From Candidatus Faecenecus gallistercoris (GTDB lineage: Bacteria > Bacillota_I > Bacilli_A > RF39 > UBA660), in assembly GCA_018713065.1 (NCBI GenBank), contig DVFU01000064.1, forward strand, positions 1-37,666: a stretch of 37,666 bases of DNA, given 5' to 3'. A program made the translations under genes and the position numbers. The notes beneath the pieces were generated by a model, which worked only from the letters and a program-made list of their open reading frames with translations, was not told the DNA's origin and did not search any database. This document shows, piece by piece, positions 34,046 through 37,666 of this stretch; the first letter of the stretch is position 1; each line of letters opens with the position of its first letter.

Positions 34046-36091
34046 ATGGAACTAGATGCAAAAGAGTTGCAAAAAGAGAAAAACTATTTGAAAGAGTGCT
34101 TATCCTATTTGGATCAGGAATTGAGTCATATGGATACCAGTATGGAGAAGAGTTTCCAAGAAGAGAGCGAATTTCGAAAATACATTTGGCAAAATAAGGG
34201 GAATATGGACGCTCAAGAACTTCGTAGTGAGATGCAACAAGCAGATATGGATGCTCAACTTCATAATCAACAAGTTGCATATTATAGGAAGTTATATCGC
34301 ATTAAAGATAATCCTTATTTCGGTCGAATCGATTTTACAGATGAGGATGGGGATCAGTCGGTCGTTTACATCGGTATCACTCATTTGACAAAAGAGTTTC
34401 ATCATTACATTTACGATTGGAGAAGTCCGATTGCTAGTTTGTTCTACGAAGAGAAACTGGGTCCTTCTTCTTATCGTGCGCCATCGGGAACTGTTTCTGG
34501 AACCCTTACTTTAAAACGTCAATATAAAATCGAAAAACGGAAAATGAAGGCCGTTTTCGATAACAATTTAAATGTTACGGATGACTTCTTACAAGAAGTG
34601 TTGGCAAGTGAATCTGGGGAGAAGATGAAAAATATCGTCAATACGATTCAAAAAGAACAGGATCAGATTATCCGTAATACTGACGATAAACATTTGGTTG
34701 TACAGGGAATTGCCGGATCTGGAAAAACTTCGGTAGCATTACACCGAATTGCGTATTTACTTTACCGGATTCCGAAATTGACTTCTAAAAACGTTTTGAT
34801 CTTTTCTCCTAACAACATTTTCGCTGAGTATATTTCAAACGTATTGCCGGAATTAGGGGAAGCAAACGCTTTAGAGACGACGTTCCACGATTTTGCCAAA
34901 GAGTACATCGATGAGTACGAATCCATCGAATCGTTTACTTCGTTTATCGAACGGTATTATCTTCACCAAATCGATGATGTTTCGTTAAGTGAGTTGAAGC
35001 TTTCCGATGACTTTATTCGAGTAATGAATACTTACTATAAAGAAATCGAGTTACATACCTTCTTCTATCGCAGTTTTGAATACGATGAGAAACCACTTTT
35101 AAAAGATGAGTTGAATGTATTACTACATGATCGGTATAGTAAATTACCGTTATTTAACCGAATCGACGCCATTGCAGAACACATTTGTGATATTCGAAAT
35201 TACAAACGTGGAAAACATTTAAAGTCCTTAAAGAAACGACTTTACGAGAATTTGAACTTAAAACACGATTTTAAAACTGTTTATACGCACTTATTTAAAT
35301 CAAAAGTATTTCAAAAAAAGTTCGGTTATAATTTGAGTGATGAAGTCATCAAGAAATTTGTCGATCGCAAAGACTTGTTATTTGAAGATACACTTCCGTT
35401 TATTTACATGAAAGGATTGATGGAAGGATTTCCGTATTCTTCTCAGATTAAACAGATCGTCATCGATGAAGCACAAGATTACAACTTGTTGCAGTACATC
35501 ATTTTACGGAAAATATTCCCGCGAGCAGCGTTTACGATTTTAGGAGACGTCAACCAGACGATTAATCCAGTATATCATTACGACTCATTAGAACGCCTAT
35601 GTCGGGTTTTGGTGAAAGATTACCGCTATGTCGAACTTACGAAAACGTATCGTTCTAGTCCAGAGATTATCGAGTATTCCAACCGTATTTTAGGACTTCG
35701 ATATGCCGTTAGTGTCCGCCGGGAAAACCACGTTCCCGTAACGGAAGTGAAAGTTACAAAAGCAAAAGACTTGAAGCCATATTTGGAAAAACTAGTATCT
35801 TCTTATCATAAAGTGGCAGTCATTACCAAAACAGATGACGAAGCAGAAGACGTCTATCAAAGCTTACATGAAGACTTTGAGGAATTGCGACTTTTACGGG
35901 ATTCTGGAGTTCAATTCATGGGCAATTTGGTCATTGTGCCATCTTATTTAGCAAAGGGATTAGAGTTCGATGCCGTCATTATCTACACAGAAGAAATCGA
36001 TCCTTATCAACAAGAAGAGAAATACTTATATTACGTTGCTGTCACTCGTGCTCAACATTGTTTGGTACTCGTCAATCAACAATCTTGGTAA
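34046..36091 (+). CDS. helD: HelD-type (helicase IV-like) UvrD-family helicase, RNA polymerase recycling factor
   Basis: N-terminal coiled coil followed by NPYFGRIDF. Walker A GIAGSGKTSVALHR, IDEAQDY, TKTYRS, KGLEFD, YVAVTRA. AGGAGG SD. Confidence 0.85.
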   Translation: MELDAKELQKEKNYLKECLSYLDQELSHMDTSMEKSFQEESEFRKYIWQNKGNMDAQELRSEMQQADMDAQLHNQQVAYYRKLYRIKDNPYFGRIDFTDEDGDQSVVYIGITHLTKEFHHYIYDWRSPIASLFYEEKLGPSSYRAPSGTVSGTLTLKRQYKIEKRKMKAVFDNNLNVTDDFLQEVLASESGEKMKNIVNTIQKEQDQIIRNTDDKHLVVQGIAGSGKTSVALHRIAYLLYRIPKLTSKNVLIFSPNNIFAEYISNVLPELGEANALETTFHDFAKEYIDEYESIESFTSFIERYYLHQIDDVSLSELKLSDDFIRVMNTYYKEIELHTFFYRSFEYDEKPLLKDELNVLLHDRYSKLPLFNRIDAIAEHICDIRNYKRGKHLKSLKKRLYENLNLKHDFKTVYTHLFKSKVFQKKFGYNLSDEVIKKFVDRKDLLFEDTLPFIYMKGLMEGFPYSSQIKQIVIDEAQDYNLLQYIILRKIFPRAAFTILGDVNQTINPVYHYDSLERLCRVLVKDYRYVELTKTYRSSPEIIEYSNRILGLRYAVSVRRENHVPVTEVKVTKAKDLKPYLEKLVSSYHKVAVITKTDDEAEDVYQSLHEDFEELRLLRDSGVQFMGNLVIVPSYLAKGLEFDAVIIYTEEIDPYQQEEKYLYYVAVTRAQHCLVLVNQQSW

Positions 36092-36093
36092 AG

Positions 36094-36126
36094 AAAAAAG
36101 ACTAATTTTACTTAGTCTTTTTTTGA
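36094..36126. terminator. Bidirectional terminator shared by helD and the convergent 30-codon ORF
   Basis: AAAAAGACTAA-TTTTAC-TTAGTCTTTTT with flanking A- and T-runs. Confidence 0.75.
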
Positions 36127-36131
36127 TTCTT

Positions 36132-36224
36132 TTACATGAAGTAGGCAACGATCATTGCTACAAATGAAAATACCATGATAAATGTTAAAAATACGGCAAT
36201 TCCTTTGGTTAATTTCTTATTCAT
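36132..36224 (-). CDS. Unannotated small hydrophobic peptide (30 aa): MNKKLTKGIAVFLTFIMVFSFVAMIVAYFM
   Basis: It is below the ORF-track size cutoff. ATG at 36224 sits 9 nt after GGAGGCGGG. A TTTACT-17-TATAAT promoter lies upstream on the minus strand, and the bidirectional terminator lies immediately downstream. The peptide has one predicted TM helix with a Lys-rich N-terminus. Confidence 0.5.
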   Translation of the reverse strand: MNKKLTKGIAVFLTFIMVFSFVAMIVAYFM

Positions 36225-36263
36225 TTTATCCCGCCTCCAAATTGTTTTCCTTTTTCTTTTTCT

Positions 36264-36292
36264 ATTATATCGAATTTTGAACAGAAAGTAAA
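36264..36292 (-). promoter_or_regulatory. Putative promoter of the 30-codon ORF
   Basis: The minus strand reads TTTACT-17 nt-TATAAT, about 40 nt upstream of the ATG at 36224. Confidence 0.55.
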
Positions 36293-36387
36293 ACTTTTTT
36301 GGAAAACGAAAGAATATGTTGAAGAGTACTTGTTGTTTTTTCGCTCAAACATTTCTAAAAATAGTTATCATGGAATTTGGTTTCTTT

Positions 36388-36395
36388 CATATAGT
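36388..36395 (+). promoter_or_regulatory. Sigma-E-like -10 element upstream of spoIIM (speculative)
   Basis: CATATAGT resembles the mother-cell sigma-E -10 consensus CATACA-T and sits 16 nt upstream of the spoIIM ATG. I could not assign a convincing -35. Confidence 0.2.
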
Positions 36396-36411
36396 GAATT
36401 AGGTGATCGAA

Positions 36412-37017
36412 ATGTACAAGTTTCAAAAGGCTAATATTCAAAAGCAGAGCAAACAATATATCTGGTTACTTATCTTGGGTGGTGTTATGATTCTTGCTAG
36501 TCTCATCTATTTATTATGTTTAGATTCTGTCAATAAAAAGATTGTGACCGATAGTATCTATACGTATTTTCATAACTTTCGGAAAGAAGAGTACGATGCG
36601 TTTTCTCTCTTCTTGGGAAGTGGTGGCAGCAATCTTTTATTTACGATTGGAATCTGGGGTTTAGGAATTTCGATGATTGGTATTCCCATTGTATTTTTGC
36701 TTTATATGGCCAAAACCTTTCTTTTTGGTTTCAGTATCTTTGGAATTTTACAAACATTCGGTTTAAAAGGCATTTTAACGGCCTTAATTTACGTGTTTCC
36801 ATTTAAATTATTATTTATACTAGGAATGGTTATTTTGACCTTCCACAGCCTTTATTTTGCGTTCCGATTGTGTTCTAATTTATTTCGTAAGAAATCATAT
36901 CATTTGCAACAATATATGATTCGTTATAGTAAGTTGTTGGGGATTCTTTTAATTTTGTCCGTCATCGATTCTTTATGGGAAGCATACGTTTTACCAAATC
37001 TATTATTTTTGTTTTAA
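36412..37017 (+). CDS. spoIIM: Stage II sporulation protein M
   Basis: IWGLGISMIGIPIVFLLYMAKTFLFGFSIFG and WEAYVLPNLL parallel B. subtilis SpoIIM ([39 protein letters not shown]). ATG at 36412 sits 5 nt after AGGTGA. Confidence 0.8.
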   Translation: MYKFQKANIQKQSKQYIWLLILGGVMILASLIYLLCLDSVNKKIVTDSIYTYFHNFRKEEYDAFSLFLGSGGSNLLFTIGIWGLGISMIGIPIVFLLYMAKTFLFGFSIFGILQTFGLKGILTALIYVFPFKLLFILGMVILTFHSLYFAFRLCSNLFRKKSYHLQQYMIRYSKLLGILLILSVIDSLWEAYVLPNLLFLF

Positions 37018-37057
37018 AATGACGGGTTTTACGGTATAATCTTTTTAGGTGATTTTT

Positions 37058-37666
37058 ATGAAGTCTGTATTGTTGGGAATGAGTGGGGGAGTAGACTCTT
37101 CCGTTGCAGCAGCATTATTAAAACAAGAAGGATACCAGGTTATCGGTATTACGATGGTACTGATTCCTAATAACGAAGAGGAAACTGTGAAAGATGCGAA
37201 AACCGTTGCTGATTTCTTAGGCATTGAACATCGCGTGCTGCATTTGGAAGAAGAATTTCGAAATAAAGTAATCCTTCCTTTTATCGATTCTTATCAAGAG
37301 GGAAGTACTCCCAATCCTTGTATTTTGTGTAATGAGCATTTTAAATTTGGTGCGATGTATCAGTATGCCAAAGAAAATGGTATCGATTATTTAGCAACCG
37401 GTCATTATGTTTCCATGAAGGATGGTTTACTAGAGAAAAACACCTCTTTAAAAGATCAGAGCTATTTTTTATATCGAATTGATCCTGACGTACTTCCAAA
37501 TTTAGTGTTCCCTCTTGCAAGGTTTCAGTCTAAAGAGGAAATCAGAGAAAAAGCAAGAGAGTTAGGTCTTCCTGTTGCCAGTAAGAAAGATAGTGAAGAG
37601 ATTTGCTTTGTACCAAACAAAGATTATGTTTCGTTCTTAAAGAAAAATGGAACCAAAGAGATTCCA
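37058..37666 (+). CDS. mnmA: tRNA 2-thiouridine(34) synthase MnmA, N-terminal 203 aa (3' end outside the window)
   Basis: It is not in the ORF track because there is no stop in the window. MKSVLLGMSGGVDSSVAAALLKQEGYQVIGI (PP-loop), NPCILCN, ATGHY. The frame is open to the window end. Confidence 0.9.
   Translation, partial: MKSVLLGMSGGVDSSVAAALLKQEGYQVIGITMVLIPNNEEETVKDAKTVADFLGIEHRVLHLEEEFRNKVILPFIDSYQEGSTPNPCILCNEHFKFGAMYQYAKENGIDYLATGHYVSMKDGLLEKNTSLKDQSYFLYRIDPDVLPNLVFPLARFQSKEEIREKARELGLPVASKKDSEEICFVPNKDYVSFLKKNGTKEIP

Noticed and set aside
33990-34280. 96-aa minus-strand ORF overlapping the helD 5' end and its promoter region
   Set aside because: It overlaps a well-supported helD N-terminus (AGGAGG SD, coiled coil, then PYFGRIDF). 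It has no SD, and its translation is unremarkable.
1-37666. Search by eye for CRISPR arrays, tRNA/rRNA genes, IS elements or integrases, long direct or inverted repeats, and riboswitch-sized leaders
   Set aside because: None was found. Every non-coding spacer is under 190 nt and is accounted for by promoters, SDs and hairpin terminators. A computational repeat or covariance-model scan was not possible here and could still reveal short elements.

Overview
This is a gene-dense (about 95% coding), low-GC chromosomal segment from a spore-forming Bacillota organism. The gene order is a compacted mosaic of blocks that are conserved in Bacillus and Clostridia.

Recognisable content:
- DNA replication and repair: holA (5' end outside the window), rnhC, uvrC, mutL, mutS, xseA, xseB, helD.
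- Translation and tRNA modification: rpsT, lepA, miaA, mnmA (3' end outside the window), nusB.
- Sporulation: gpr, spoIIP, a yqxA-like gene, ylbJ, spoIVB, spoIIM.
- Other housekeeping genes: cvpA, trxA, yigZ, hemW, ylbL.

I saw no rRNA, tRNA, CRISPR array, transposase or integrase. Intergenic spacers are short and are explained by promoters and rho-independent hairpins.

The parts that are not ordinary housekeeping:
1. A 410-aa internally duplicated ThyX-like protein whose ThyX signature is split between its two halves. Together with a membrane protein it is inserted into the conserved spoIIP-yqxA/lepA block.
2. A minimal type IV pilus-like module: one GspE/PilB ATPase divergent from two prepilins. 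One prepilin is fused to a CBM-like jelly-roll domain. No platform protein or prepilin peptidase is adjacent.
3. Two diverged tandem paralogs of unknown function. The second is driven by a perfect consensus sigma-A promoter.
4. An unannotated 30-codon hydrophobic ORF with its own promoter, SD and terminator.
5. A tandem SpoIIID-like HTH protein between lepA and hemW.
6. An HD hydrolase and an atypical thymidylate-kinase-family gene coupled to hemW.
7. A spoIIP gene whose membrane anchor can only be translated from a non-canonical ATT start.

All functional calls come from motif recognition by eye. No database search was run.
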